Source of the DNA: an uncultured Pseudomonadales bacterium
GTDB lineage: Bacteria > Patescibacteriota > Microgenomatia > UBA1400 > UBA12028
NCBI GenBank assembly: GCA_964635905.1
Contig: CAZWPK010000002.1
Coordinates: 77,621-141,620 of the forward strand
Direction of reading: 5' to 3'
DNA length: 64,000 bases
Part shown: in pieces, positions 52,662 to 62,502 of the stretch
Numbering within the stretch: the first letter of the stretch is position 1
Layout of the letters: each line of letters opens with the position of its first letter
Translations under genes and position numbers: made by a program
Notes under the pieces: model-generated
Databases searched by the model: none
The model's input: only the letters and a program-made list of their open reading frames with translations
What the model was told of the DNA's origin: nothing

Positions 52662-53408
52662 TTAGTTGTATTGACCTTGTAGATCCGCTATTCGAATTCG
52701 AAGGATATCGATAAACATCCTAACGGAATCTTTGATTGGATCAACTCTATCCGTTTTTGCATAGTTCCAAACGATGGGTACTTCCGCAATCGAAAACTTT
52801 TCTTTATTTGCAATGTAGAGTAGTTCCACATCAAATGCTCCAGTGAAAGCACCGCGCATCTTCCCTTTTGAAGAATACACAACTACTTTTGGAGCAAGTT
52901 TCTCTACAGCCTGAGCTGAAAAAAGCTTGAACCCGCATTGAGTGTCATGGATTCCCGGTATAGCGATGAGCTGGACACAGAGGTTGAACACTTTTCCCAT
53001 CCAGTGACGATGAAACGGTTCTTTTTTTCGTTGCGCCCCAGCAATTTCACGTGATCCAATCACAATTGCATTCCCCTTTTTAGTTTCCGGAAGCAGTTTT
53101 TCAATCTCAGAGATAGGAGTTGCTTGATCAAAATCGGTGAAGAGACGCCAATCCCCGGTCGCTTGTAGCAGGGCGTCGATGACTGTGGGTCCTTTACCAC
53201 GATGTGGAAGTGCAAATACACGCACTTCTTTTTTTGTTTTCGCAAAGTCTTTGAGTGATTGCAGGGTACCATCACTCGATCCGTCATCAGCCAAAATGAT
53301 TTCCCAAGAATAGTTTTTTGCTTTCAAGAAACGATACACTTGGTCAAGTACACCTTTTGAAATGTTGGAGTCCTCATTATAGGAAGGAATAACTACCGAG
53401 AGAAACAT
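52662..53408 (-). CDS. Polyprenyl-phosphate sugar synthase-like GT2 (Dpm1/GtrB family)
   Basis: MFLSVVIPSYNEDSNISKGVLDQV ... ILADDGSSDGT and FTDFDQATP. 248 aa, soluble. Confidence 0.7.
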   Translation of the reverse strand: MFLSVVIPSYNEDSNISKGVLDQVYRFLKAKNYSWEIILADDGSSDGTLQSLKDFAKTKKEVRVFALPHRGKGPTVIDALLQATGDWRLFTDFDQATPISEIEKLLPETKKGNAIVIGSREIAGAQRKKEPFHRHWMGKVFNLCVQLIAIPGIHDTQCGFKLFSAQAVEKLAPKVVVYSSKGKMRGAFTGAFDVELLYIANKEKFSIAEVPIVWNYAKTDRVDPIKDSVRMFIDILRIRIADLQGQYN

Positions 53409-53455
53409 ATTGTCCTATTGTACACAAAAGATTCTATTTATGGCTCTACAAACCG

Positions 53456-54991
53456 TTACTGCGTGGTAATGAAGGTATTCTCCATCATATAAACAGTGAT
53501 CGCTCCGAATTTCTTGGTCTCGAGTAGGTTCCCAAATGTTTGATTAGTCGCCAGCCACTCTTCACGACGTTTTGCGTGACCTGGATCATCCTCGACCACC
53601 ATAAAGATGAGTGGTTCCTGCTCGACATGCGGTCCTGGCATACTCTTGGTTTGCTTACCAATCCAATAAAACACGTACCGATGCGCCTGATCTTGTGCAT
53701 CCGGAGTATAGACCCAAGTTCCATAGCGAGTGGTTCCTGCTTTTGACGCAATCCATCGAGTGGCTTCTACCTGCATCTGGAGTGAAAATCGATCGGCATA
53801 GGGGGTCAAAAACCCCTTCCACCGTTCATAATTTAAGATGGCACTACTGAGTAGTAAGACAACCGTTATCCCCGTTAGAAGAGGTTTGGCGCGTGAATAG
53901 ACACTCATTGCCAACCCAATCAAAGCGCCAATCAAAATGTAGAGTGGGACATGTTGAGCCACGGCGTAGTAATCCCAAAAGTTTCCATAGTTACCGGTGT
54001 AGATTGCATGGAAGAATAGCGGAACCAGGAACCAGAGCAGAATAATTCGAAGGCCTCGATTCTGTTGGAAATGTCGACGTAAGACAATCAGGAGCACGAC
54101 CAGAAGTACTGCAATTGGTAATCCCAGGACCACGCGATCTCCTATCATTCCTCGGCTATAGAGTTCAAAGAGTAATCGCAGTCTAGTTGGCAGAGATTCT
54201 GCCAAGGTAATGCTATGCGTCGTTGAAAATGCAGTGATCAGATTCTTGCTGATCAAAAAATTCCACTTTAATTCAAACAACAGCTGCGGAATGAGGGTCA
54301 GACAAAATCCGATTGCCGTAAATACTCCCCATTGGAGGAGGGTAAGAACTTTTTCTTTGAAGGTACCCAATTTCTTTTCCACAAACACTACTTCATACGC
54401 ATACACAAGAATCACCGTGGGAATATACCAAACAGCATTTGCGGCTTCTAACTGCATACATAATCCAAACAACAAACCAGCCACTACAAAATAGCACATC
54501 TTTTTAGATGCGATGGCTTTCCAGAGCGTTATAAACGAAAGCAAAGATAAAAATGGTAATGGGGATGGATTTGATAACCACCGAGAAAACATGATGTTGG
54601 AAAAAGAAATCGTAAAGAGCACCGAAGAAATCACCCCTGCCTTCCACGACGAAATGCGTTTTGCGACGGAATAGATGATTGCGACACATAAGGTGTGTAA
54701 ACCAATCATGCCTACAGCGGGAACGACTGGGTTTCCTTTTCCTATCCAGTACAGAGGAAGAAGTACGAAATACCAAAAAGGACCTAAAAACACACCAGTC
54801 AGCCCCGTTACTGGACCAATCAAGGTTAGATCTCCTTGCATCAGCTTGACAATTTCCCATGCATCGCGCCCCTGATCAAAAGCAAAAAAAAGATCTCTGT
54901 ACAATGCATAGGAACGCAGATAAAAAGCACTAGCGCACAACCCAACAAGAAATACAATTTCAAAGAAGTGTCGCTGCAAGATTGCTTTCAT
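53456..54991 (-). CDS. Polytopic membrane protein, putative GT-C glycosyltransferase (DQGRD...GP subfamily)
   Basis: First loop FAFDQGRDAWEIVKLMQGDLTLIGPVTG. 511 aa. Confidence 0.45.
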   Translation of the reverse strand: MKAILQRHFFEIVFLVGLCASAFYLRSYALYRDLFFAFDQGRDAWEIVKLMQGDLTLIGPVTGLTGVFLGPFWYFVLLPLYWIGKGNPVVPAVGMIGLHTLCVAIIYSVAKRISSWKAGVISSVLFTISFSNIMFSRWLSNPSPLPFLSLLSFITLWKAIASKKMCYFVVAGLLFGLCMQLEAANAVWYIPTVILVYAYEVVFVEKKLGTFKEKVLTLLQWGVFTAIGFCLTLIPQLLFELKWNFLISKNLITAFSTTHSITLAESLPTRLRLLFELYSRGMIGDRVVLGLPIAVLLVVLLIVLRRHFQQNRGLRIILLWFLVPLFFHAIYTGNYGNFWDYYAVAQHVPLYILIGALIGLAMSVYSRAKPLLTGITVVLLLSSAILNYERWKGFLTPYADRFSLQMQVEATRWIASKAGTTRYGTWVYTPDAQDQAHRYVFYWIGKQTKSMPGPHVEQEPLIFMVVEDDPGHAKRREEWLATNQTFGNLLETKKFGAITVYMMENTFITTQ

Positions 54992-55015
54992 AGACCTTCA
55001 CAGTTTAGTTGTCCT

Positions 55016-56542
55016 TTATCGTACCAATACCACCACGTTCGGTCCATTTGGGATGCTGAATGCATCAATAATGTCTCTATTCGGCCAAATAGCCACTTTA
55101 TACTGCGGCGTGTCTAATGGATTTTGTTTGTGTGCCTCATCGATCACAAACAAACGTTTAAATGAGTGGACCTCCTCTTCACTTGCTGGACGTCCGTGGT
55201 TCGTCGTCAAAAAGTAGCGATAATTCATCCCTAAAAAGTCATTATTCTCTGATAGAAGCAAAATATCATACTTCTCTTTGGCGACTGTGCGTTGTTGAAT
55301 CTCTTCTGCTGTCTGTTTGAATACATCAACATTCATTCCCAATACATGCTTTCCCGGGTAGTTATTCAAACTACAAACTAGAATTGCTCCTAGAGCTACG
55401 ATGACTAATGGACGAAGCAGGATAGATTTCCACAGTGCGCTGATGAAGACAGCGAGCAGAAGGATGGAAATTGGGAATAGGAAACCTAAGTAGTGATTAA
55501 AAATTGATTCCTTATACAGTGACAAGACTCCAATTCCGATCACAAAAAAAGCGAACACAACTTTAACTCCACGTCGAATGTCTGGAGACAGGCTTTTTAA
55601 ACTAAACCAAGTCTTTATCAGTAAATACATCCCTACCAAAAGTGAGACAAGTGCAGCAGAAGTGGGAATTTTAATCCCAAAGATTTCACTTAGGTTTCGA
55701 ACTGCCAACGCAATCCAGGAGTAAAAGATGGCTGAGAGTTCACTTAAACCTCTAAAGTGACTTGCATCCTCGCTACTTGATCCACCAACAAAAAAAGAAA
55801 GGAATGCGCGAACGTTGAGAAAATCATGTTTAATGTCGTAAATCAAAATCGGGATCACCGAGAACATGACAATAAGGATTGCCAGTCCCGTTGAGCGAAT
55901 AAAAATGGGACTAACTTCTTTATCTTTAATTTGACGATACAGTTCTACCAACCAAAAAATCCCCGCGATTCCAATGACGATCAATGTCAGATAGTGTAAC
56001 TGCGATAAGATTGCGGCACATAATCCAATCAATACCCAATATTGATATTTACCTTGTAACGTTTTATTTACTGCCCATACAACGAGTAATGAAAACAACG
56101 GAACAATATTTGGATTCCAAGAGAACCTGACGTTCTCAATCACGATGGGAGCAATTGCATACAATCCCATTGCCACCATCGCCGTTCGCTTCCCAACTAA
56201 TTCTTTGCCTAGAAGATAAATGAGTGCCAGCGTCAGGACACCAACAAATGCCACTGCATAGGCCGGACCCGACGGATCCGGATAACTAAACATTAAGGGC
56301 AAAACCATGAAGTAATAATAAAATGGACCTAGATACATGTTGCCGACACTGGTAACAGGTCCAATAAAAGCTGGATCTTTATCCATCAGGATTCCACGCG
56401 CAATGAGAGCGTCTCTTCCTTGATCTCCTAAAAACTGCATTGTGGCTCGAAGTCGGTAAAATCGCAAAAAAGTCCCGATCGCCAAGATGACTAAAAAAAG
56501 AATGAATGCTCTTTTTTTCTTATCAAAAAACCTAGTGACCAT
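55016..56542 (-). CDS. Polytopic membrane protein, putative GT-C glycosyltransferase (DQGRD...GP subfamily)
   Basis: First loop QFLGDQGRDALIARGILMDKDPAFIGPVTS. I use the internal Met as the start to limit overlap with the upstream gene. Confidence 0.45.
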   Translation of the reverse strand: MVTRFFDKKKRAFILFLVILAIGTFLRFYRLRATMQFLGDQGRDALIARGILMDKDPAFIGPVTSVGNMYLGPFYYYFMVLPLMFSYPDPSGPAYAVAFVGVLTLALIYLLGKELVGKRTAMVAMGLYAIAPIVIENVRFSWNPNIVPLFSLLVVWAVNKTLQGKYQYWVLIGLCAAILSQLHYLTLIVIGIAGIFWLVELYRQIKDKEVSPIFIRSTGLAILIVMFSVIPILIYDIKHDFLNVRAFLSFFVGGSSSEDASHFRGLSELSAIFYSWIALAVRNLSEIFGIKIPTSAALVSLLVGMYLLIKTWFSLKSLSPDIRRGVKVVFAFFVIGIGVLSLYKESIFNHYLGFLFPISILLLAVFISALWKSILLRPLVIVALGAILVCSLNNYPGKHVLGMNVDVFKQTAEEIQQRTVAKEKYDILLLSENNDFLGMNYRYFLTTNHGRPASEEEVHSFKRLFVIDEAHKQNPLDTPQYKVAIWPNRDIIDAFSIPNGPNVVVLVR

Positions 56543-56565
56543 AGGAATACAGAAAATAACTTTTC

Positions 56566-57783
56566 CTAACTTTTTGCGGAACGCCAAATCACTTTGGAAT
56601 AGATCGTGTAATTTACGACCATCCCAATTGCTGTTGCACAGACCAACCACGCAGTTTTTGAGAGTGATGTCTGTCCGGTAAGTCCTGTACCAGCACTCAC
56701 AACGGTTAACTGAATTGCCACCGCGGCAAACGAGCTGACATTAAATTGAAGAAATTTGAGAAGCGTTGAAACTGCGTCCGTACTCTGTCGATCCTGAAAT
56801 GTCCAAGAGTTATTCAAAATAAAGTTTGAGATAATTGCAAATTCCGCTCCGATAGCTGAAGCCAATCCAGAAGCATTCACAAACCCTAAGAACGGAAGAG
56901 TGGAAATCGATTCTGCCAAGGTCGAGATGGCACTGATTCTGGAAAGGATGAAGAGCAAACTAAAGTTAATGAGAAAGCCCGTTCCACCAACTACCCCAAA
57001 TTTAAATAAACGGGAGACGACAATTTCCTTATACCGTGCCGTTAAAATATATAGCAGCGCATGTTTTATATAATCCGGACCAAGTTTAGACTTTCCCACT
57101 TTTCGATCCACAAACTGAATTGGGACTTCAACGATTTTAAAACCTCGCCGAACGGCTTTATGCAAAAACCCAATTTGGAACGTGTAACCGGTAAACTGTT
57201 GATCTTCCATCTCCGCTTCAATTGCGCTGAATACGGATTTGCGAATTGCTCTAAAGCCAGTAGTCCAGTCACGAATGGCAAAATGCGTAAGCACAATCGT
57301 GTTTACTAAGTTCCCAACAACGCTTAAAAACTTTCGATCGAATCCCCAATCATCCGGAATAGAACCGCCTTTGATATACCGAGATCCTAGAACTAAATCT
57401 GCACCTTGATCGATAGCAGCAATGAATTCAGGAATTTTCTTTGGATCGTGTGAAAAATCAGCGTCAAACTCGAATATGATGTCTGCTGCAAGTGCGTTGA
57501 AAGCATGTCGCATTCCAAGCAGGTAGGCTACTCCTAGACCTTGTTTCTTCTTATTTGAAAGGAGGTGAACGTTTTTATAGGTATGCTCAAAGTCTTTTAC
57601 TGTTTTTCCCGTTTCATCAGGACTGCTATCGTCTACCACCAAAATATGCATGTCCCAGTGCGGTACTACTTTAAAGATCTCCTGCAAGGCGGGAATCATT
57701 TTCGAAATGTTCTCTCGTTCGTTGTATGTTGGAATGATGATGATGGCTCGTTGTTGTGCCATAAATTGAACCGACCCTATCAA
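56566..57783 (-). CDS. Polyprenyl-phosphate sugar synthase GT2 (Dpm1/GtrB-like) fused to C-terminal GtrA-like membrane domain
   Basis: The N-terminus IIIIPTYNERENISKMIPAL ... LVVDDSSPDETG ... FDADFSHDP is a Dpm1/Ppm1 signature. The C-terminal about 130 aa have 4 TM helices (FKFGVVGGTGFLINFSLLFIL...), typical of GtrA. Confidence 0.7.
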   Translation of the reverse strand: MIGSVQFMAQQRAIIIIPTYNERENISKMIPALQEIFKVVPHWDMHILVVDDSSPDETGKTVKDFEHTYKNVHLLSNKKKQGLGVAYLLGMRHAFNALAADIIFEFDADFSHDPKKIPEFIAAIDQGADLVLGSRYIKGGSIPDDWGFDRKFLSVVGNLVNTIVLTHFAIRDWTTGFRAIRKSVFSAIEAEMEDQQFTGYTFQIGFLHKAVRRGFKIVEVPIQFVDRKVGKSKLGPDYIKHALLYILTARYKEIVVSRLFKFGVVGGTGFLINFSLLFILSRISAISTLAESISTLPFLGFVNASGLASAIGAEFAIISNFILNNSWTFQDRQSTDAVSTLLKFLQFNVSSFAAVAIQLTVVSAGTGLTGQTSLSKTAWLVCATAIGMVVNYTIYSKVIWRSAKS

Positions 57784-57841
57784 TACGGTTCACAAAAACA
57801 TTTTTTTGGGAAGTATTGACGACCAAAAACGCCTAAATTCA

Positions 57842-58810
57842 TTATAGCATTTCTGCTTGTAATTCTGCCTCCACCATAATCTTCACGAGTTCCTTAAAGG
57901 AAGTTTTTGGAACCCATCCGAGCTTTTCTTTAGCTTTCGTACTGTCCCCAATAAGTAGTTCCACTTCGGCTGGACGATCATAACGACCATCGTGTTCAAT
58001 GACGGCTTCCCAATTATCAACACCAGCGACGGCACAAGCTTCCTGCACAAATTCTCGTACAGAATGCGTTTCACCCGTTGAAATGACGTAGTCATCTGGT
58101 TGATCTTGTTGCAGCATCAGCCACATTGCTTCTACGTAGTCTTTGGCATATCCCCAGTCACGCTTAGCGTCCAGATTGCCCAGTTTCACTGTTTTCTGTT
58201 TTCCATATTTCACTCTGGCAACTCCATTTGCAATTTTTCGGGTGACAAATTCTAATCCTCTTCGGGGTGATTCGTGATTAAACAAAATTCCAGAGACAGC
58301 ATACAGATTGTAGGATTCGCGATAATTGACCGTGATCCAGTGACCATAGACCTTTGCCACACCATAGGGAGAACGTGGATAGAATGGAGTACTTTCCTTT
58401 TGTGGAACAGCTTGCACTTTACCAAACATTTCCGACGATGATGCTTGATAGAATCGAGCTTGTGGACACGACACATGCAAAGCTTCCAACATCCGTGTCA
58501 CGCCAATTCCAGTAAATTCGCCTGTTAGGACTGGCTGCTCCCAAGATGCATGCACAAAGGATTGGGCGGCAAGGTTGTAAACTTCATCCGGCTGAATTCG
58601 ATCGAGGGCACGAGTCATGGAATGCTGATCCAATAAGTCTCCAGAAATGAGTTCAAAGTTTTCGTTATGGATTGTTTCACCCAATCGAGAGTAATTGAGC
58701 GTACTCGTCCGACGCGTCATTCCATACACTTTATATCCCTTTTCCAATAACAGCTCTGCCAAGTAGGACCCGTCCTGTCCGGTTACCCCGGTAATAAATG
58801 CTTTTTTCAT
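57842..58810 (-). CDS. gmd: GDP-mannose 4,6-dehydratase
   Basis: KKAFITGVTGQDGSYLAELLLEKGYKVYGMTRRTS ... YNLAAQSFV aligns residue-by-residue with Gmd. I start at MKKAFITG, because the track start at 58852 overlaps the upstream gene. Confidence 0.9.
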   Translation of the reverse strand: MKKAFITGVTGQDGSYLAELLLEKGYKVYGMTRRTSTLNYSRLGETIHNENFELISGDLLDQHSMTRALDRIQPDEVYNLAAQSFVHASWEQPVLTGEFTGIGVTRMLEALHVSCPQARFYQASSSEMFGKVQAVPQKESTPFYPRSPYGVAKVYGHWITVNYRESYNLYAVSGILFNHESPRRGLEFVTRKIANGVARVKYGKQKTVKLGNLDAKRDWGYAKDYVEAMWLMLQQDQPDDYVISTGETHSVREFVQEACAVAGVDNWEAVIEHDGRYDRPAEVELLIGDSTKAKEKLGWVPKTSFKELVKIMVEAELQAEML

Positions 58811-58826
58811 AACAAAGAAATCCTTT

Positions 58827-59783
58827 CTACGTACGCGCTCTCCACTCCTCAATGATTTTTTCTAGTTCCTCATTGATGGAAATCTGTAGCTCCCAACCTA
58901 ATGATTGTATCTTTCTATTGTCGGCAATGAGTTTAGGCACGTCAAGGGGACGTAAGCGAGCTTCATCTTGTTCAACAGTAATAGGTACAGTGGACAATCC
59001 GACAAGTTGGTTCACAATCTCCTGCATTTGGATGCCAGTTCCAGACCCGATGTTGTAGACGTCACCCACTGCTCCCTTCTCAAGAAGTACGATATACGCT
59101 CGGACCATATCTTTAACACTCGTAAAATCTCGAATTCCTTGTAGGTTCCCTACTTCCAATGTTTGCTTTTTTCCCTGTTCAATTTCTACAATTTGCTTGA
59201 CAAATGATGGCACTGCAAAATCACCGGTCTGCCGAGTACCGATATGATTGAATGGTCGCGCTCGTACAATATTTAGCTTGTAACTTAAGTAATAGCTATT
59301 GGAGAGTAAGTCTTGGGTCGTCTTGGAAACGGCATAGGGGTTAACCGGATTGAGACTGACGTGTTCGTCAATATAATCCAAATCCAAGTCAACAACACCA
59401 TACTCTTCGGCGGATCCGATGCTTAAAACTCGCGCTTGCGGACAAATTGCCTTCACTCCATCCAAAAGATTTAGTTGTAAGTTAATGTTATTGGTAAATA
59501 ACTCTCGAGCTTTTTCAAAGCTTTTGCCGACATACGCAAACGAGGCTAAATGGAAGATCCAGTCAGGTTTAACGGTCTTAAGCAAAGCTTGCGTTGCTTC
59601 GCCATTGGAAAGATCAACTTGAATATAGTGATCGTCGGCAAGAAATTTGACGTTCTCCGGAGGGGGAGAAAAGGTTGTAGAGTAAATGTTGGTATATCCC
59701 GAAGCAAGTAGTTCTTCAATTAAATGAGATCCAGCAAAGCCAGTTCCCCCGGTAACTAAAATGCGTGGTTGATCACTTGGCAT
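58827..59783 (-). CDS. NAD(P)-dependent nucleotide-sugar epimerase/reductase; possibly GDP-6-deoxy-D-mannose reductase (Rmd-like)
   Basis: Rossmann motif ILVTGGTGFAGSHL, catalytic YAVSK, and an RPFNHIG motif shared with Rmd-type GDP-4-keto-6-deoxymannose reductases. It lies directly upstream of gmd in the same operon. Confidence 0.55.
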   Translation of the reverse strand: MPSDQPRILVTGGTGFAGSHLIEELLASGYTNIYSTTFSPPPENVKFLADDHYIQVDLSNGEATQALLKTVKPDWIFHLASFAYVGKSFEKARELFTNNINLQLNLLDGVKAICPQARVLSIGSAEEYGVVDLDLDYIDEHVSLNPVNPYAVSKTTQDLLSNSYYLSYKLNIVRARPFNHIGTRQTGDFAVPSFVKQIVEIEQGKKQTLEVGNLQGIRDFTSVKDMVRAYIVLLEKGAVGDVYNIGSGTGIQMQEIVNQLVGLSTVPITVEQDEARLRPLDVPKLIADNRKIQSLGWELQISINEELEKIIEEWRART

Positions 59784-59789
59784 AGAGCT

Positions 59790-61109
59790 TTACAATCCAA
59801 TCCCAATATATTGTAACCCAGTCTTCTCAATTGTACTCCGCCCATATTGATTTCGCGTATCAATTACTGTTGCAGCGGATGAAACGAGTCCTGCAAGTGT
59901 AGCGGCAGTCAGTGCACTGTACTCTTTCCACTCGGTTAATAACAAGACGACATCCGCACCCTTGAGTGTTTCCATCATGTCACTGTTTAAGGAAAAGTGT
60001 GCAGACTCTTCAATCCCTACTTTAGAAAACCACGCTTTCGCAGCCAAGAGAGCCATCGGATCGGTGGCTACGACAAAAGCTCCCGCGTGCAAGAGTAAGG
60101 GGATCACCTTGGTACTGGGTGCTTCCCGCATATCATCGGTGTTGGGTTTAAATGAGAGACCTAAGACGGCGACCTTCTTTCCCGAAAATCCCCCCACTGA
60201 TTCTTCAAACTGTCGCAGTAGTTTTACAATGCGTTCTTCATTGAGCTGATTGATGGTCACCATTAAGTTGTCTTCTTGACCAACTGCGCGTGCATAGGCT
60301 GCGAGTTCTTTGACATCTTTTGGAAAACAACTTCCACCATAACCCAGTCCTGGATACCAATAATGACTTCCAATTCGTTTATCCAGTCCAATTCCTTTGA
60401 TCACCTCTTCAATGTTGGCACCATTCGCTTCACACAAGTTTGCAATCTGATTGATAAAGGTGATCCGTGTGGCTAAATAGGCATTGGCTGCGTACTTACA
60501 CATTTGGGCGCTATCCGGATGCATAACTAAGATTTTGCTCGTTAAGGGCTCATGGAGTTCTTTGAGAATCTTTACCACTCCTGGAACTGTAGCCCCAATA
60601 ATCACGCGATCAGGATGCAAGGTATCGGCAACAGCAGATCCTTCTTTGAGAAATTCAGGTAAGGAGACCACATGAAAGACTGTTGTCTTCCCTGCTAAAG
60701 CCTCTTTCATTTTCTGTTCTACTTTGCCACAGGTACCCGGTGGAACAGTGCTTTTGATGGCTACGATTGCGTTATCCTTCAAGTATGGAGCCATACTCTC
60801 GGCTGCAGCAAAGACAAAACGAAGATCTGCCTGACCATCGGGAGCAGAAGGTGTTCCAACGGCAATCATAATCACATCTGCTTTAGAAACCGCGTCGTTA
60901 TAGGAAGTGGTGAACGACAGTTTTTTCTGGCTCATTCCTTTGAGTAGCAACTCTTCCAAATCTGGCTCAAAGAATGGGACCTTTCCGGTTTTTAAACTCT
61001 CAATGCGTTTGGGGTCAATATCTAAACCTATAACCTTGTTTCCTAACTTGGCAAAGACTGCAGCAGAGACGACACCTACAAAGCCCGTACCTATAATGGT
61101 AATATTCAT
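59790..61109 (-). CDS. ugd: UDP-glucose 6-dehydrogenase
   Basis: NITIIGTGFVGVVSAAVFA Rossmann motif and catalytic GGSCFPKD. 439 aa. Confidence 0.9.
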   Translation of the reverse strand: MNITIIGTGFVGVVSAAVFAKLGNKVIGLDIDPKRIESLKTGKVPFFEPDLEELLLKGMSQKKLSFTTSYNDAVSKADVIMIAVGTPSAPDGQADLRFVFAAAESMAPYLKDNAIVAIKSTVPPGTCGKVEQKMKEALAGKTTVFHVVSLPEFLKEGSAVADTLHPDRVIIGATVPGVVKILKELHEPLTSKILVMHPDSAQMCKYAANAYLATRITFINQIANLCEANGANIEEVIKGIGLDKRIGSHYWYPGLGYGGSCFPKDVKELAAYARAVGQEDNLMVTINQLNEERIVKLLRQFEESVGGFSGKKVAVLGLSFKPNTDDMREAPSTKVIPLLLHAGAFVVATDPMALLAAKAWFSKVGIEESAHFSLNSDMMETLKGADVVLLLTEWKEYSALTAATLAGLVSSAATVIDTRNQYGRSTIEKTGLQYIGIGL

Positions 61110-61147
61110 ATGAAAAGGAATATATCAATAAAAAGAATACTTGTCAT

Positions 61148-61837
61148 ATGCCAGTCCTTAATGGTCTCGAATCTAGCTTCGGTGCGGAAGTAGAAGCAAA
61201 TAATCGAAATGAACGAGCAAAACAGTTGATCACAATTGCTTTGAAAAAACTCAAAGATAGAATTGACGCAAGAATTCCGGATGCCACTCGCCGAGAACTT
61301 GATGATCCTTTGCTTCGACATAATCTATGTCATTTAGTAAATGGTGGATCAGTGATAGAGATGATGAATAATTTCAAAGTCCCAGGTATTGCTTATCGAG
61401 TTGATGTCAATAAAGGAGCTAGTCCATTTCATGAAAAGTCGTGGGCATTTCATGTCGTAGGACTTTTTTGCTTGGACGAGAATGCCGATGATGAGAATGC
61501 CCTCTACGCAGTAATAGATCAATCGACAGTTGATCCAGCTACTGGAGAATATTTCATTGCGACAGGGACACTAGATGAGATTCAAAAAACTACTGAGAAA
61601 ACATTTGGAGGTTTCTGGGAATTTAAGAAACAATTAAAAAACAGCTCAGGAAGAACCTTTAGTGTACAATCAAAAATGAAAGGGTCTGCAGAGTTAATTG
61701 CTCAAGGTAAACCAGTGAATTTTGATGCTGACATGTATACATACCACTATGATACTCAAACGCAAAAACCTCTTGGAATACGTGCAAGTTACATGCTCAA
61801 TACTAAAGTCCCCGTAACCTTTTTTGAAACAATCTAA
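61148..61837 (+). CDS. Hypothetical soluble protein (229 aa), translationally coupled to trmD
   Basis: No recognisable motifs. There are conserved-looking Cys/His positions (NLCHLVNGG, SPFHEKSWAFHVVGLFCLDEN). Its stop TAA overlaps the trmD ATG (TAATG). Confidence 0.4.
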   Translation: MPVLNGLESSFGAEVEANNRNERAKQLITIALKKLKDRIDARIPDATRRELDDPLLRHNLCHLVNGGSVIEMMNNFKVPGIAYRVDVNKGASPFHEKSWAFHVVGLFCLDENADDENALYAVIDQSTVDPATGEYFIATGTLDEIQKTTEKTFGGFWEFKKQLKNSSGRTFSVQSKMKGSAELIAQGKPVNFDADMYTYHYDTQTQKPLGIRASYMLNTKVPVTFFETI

Positions 61838-62502
61838 TGACAATTCATTTCTTAACTCTCTTTCCATCGATCTATGAAGGTCCCTTATCGGAAAGCATTC
61901 TCAAGCGTGCTGTGCAAAAAGGTATTGTTTCCTTTAACCTGATTAATATTCGTGACTTTTCTACGGACAAACACAAAACGGCTGACAATCCCCCTTACGG
62001 CGGTGGACCAGGAATGGTGATGATGATCGAACCGATCGACAAAGCACTTGCATCAATTGGGGCAAAAAAAGGAACACCAAATCAAAAGATCATTTTATTA
62101 TCTGCCAAGGGCACACCGTACACCCAGCCTGTTGCACGGGAACTTTCTACCATCGATACCTTAATTTTTATCTCCGGCCACTACGAAGGGGTGGACGAAC
62201 GCGTTGCGCTACATCTAATCGATGAGGAAATTCGGATTGGTGACTATGTCCTCACGGGTGGTGAATTAGCGTCCATGGTAATTGCCGACAGTGTCGTGCG
62301 CTTGCTTCCAGGTGCACTCGGAGATGACAAAAGTAGTGTTGAAGAATCGCATTCCAGTGCAGGGTTTATAGAATATCCACATTTCACACGACCAGCTACC
62401 TACAACGGCTGGCAAGTTCCAAGAATACTGCTCAACGGAAATCATGCTGAAATTGCCAAATGGAGAGCGACAGAGGCTGCTAACGCCACGAAAACTTCTT
62501 AA
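61837..62502 (+). CDS. trmD: tRNA (guanine37-N1)-methyltransferase
   Basis: MTIHFLTLFP ... NPPYGGGPGMVMMIEPIDKAL ... ISGHYEGVDERV ... IGDYVLTGGELASMVIADSVVRLLPG are canonical SPOUT/TrmD motifs. Confidence 0.9.
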   Translation: MTIHFLTLFPSIYEGPLSESILKRAVQKGIVSFNLINIRDFSTDKHKTADNPPYGGGPGMVMMIEPIDKALASIGAKKGTPNQKIILLSAKGTPYTQPVARELSTIDTLIFISGHYEGVDERVALHLIDEEIRIGDYVLTGGELASMVIADSVVRLLPGALGDDKSSVEESHSSAGFIEYPHFTRPATYNGWQVPRILLNGNHAEIAKWRATEAANATKTS

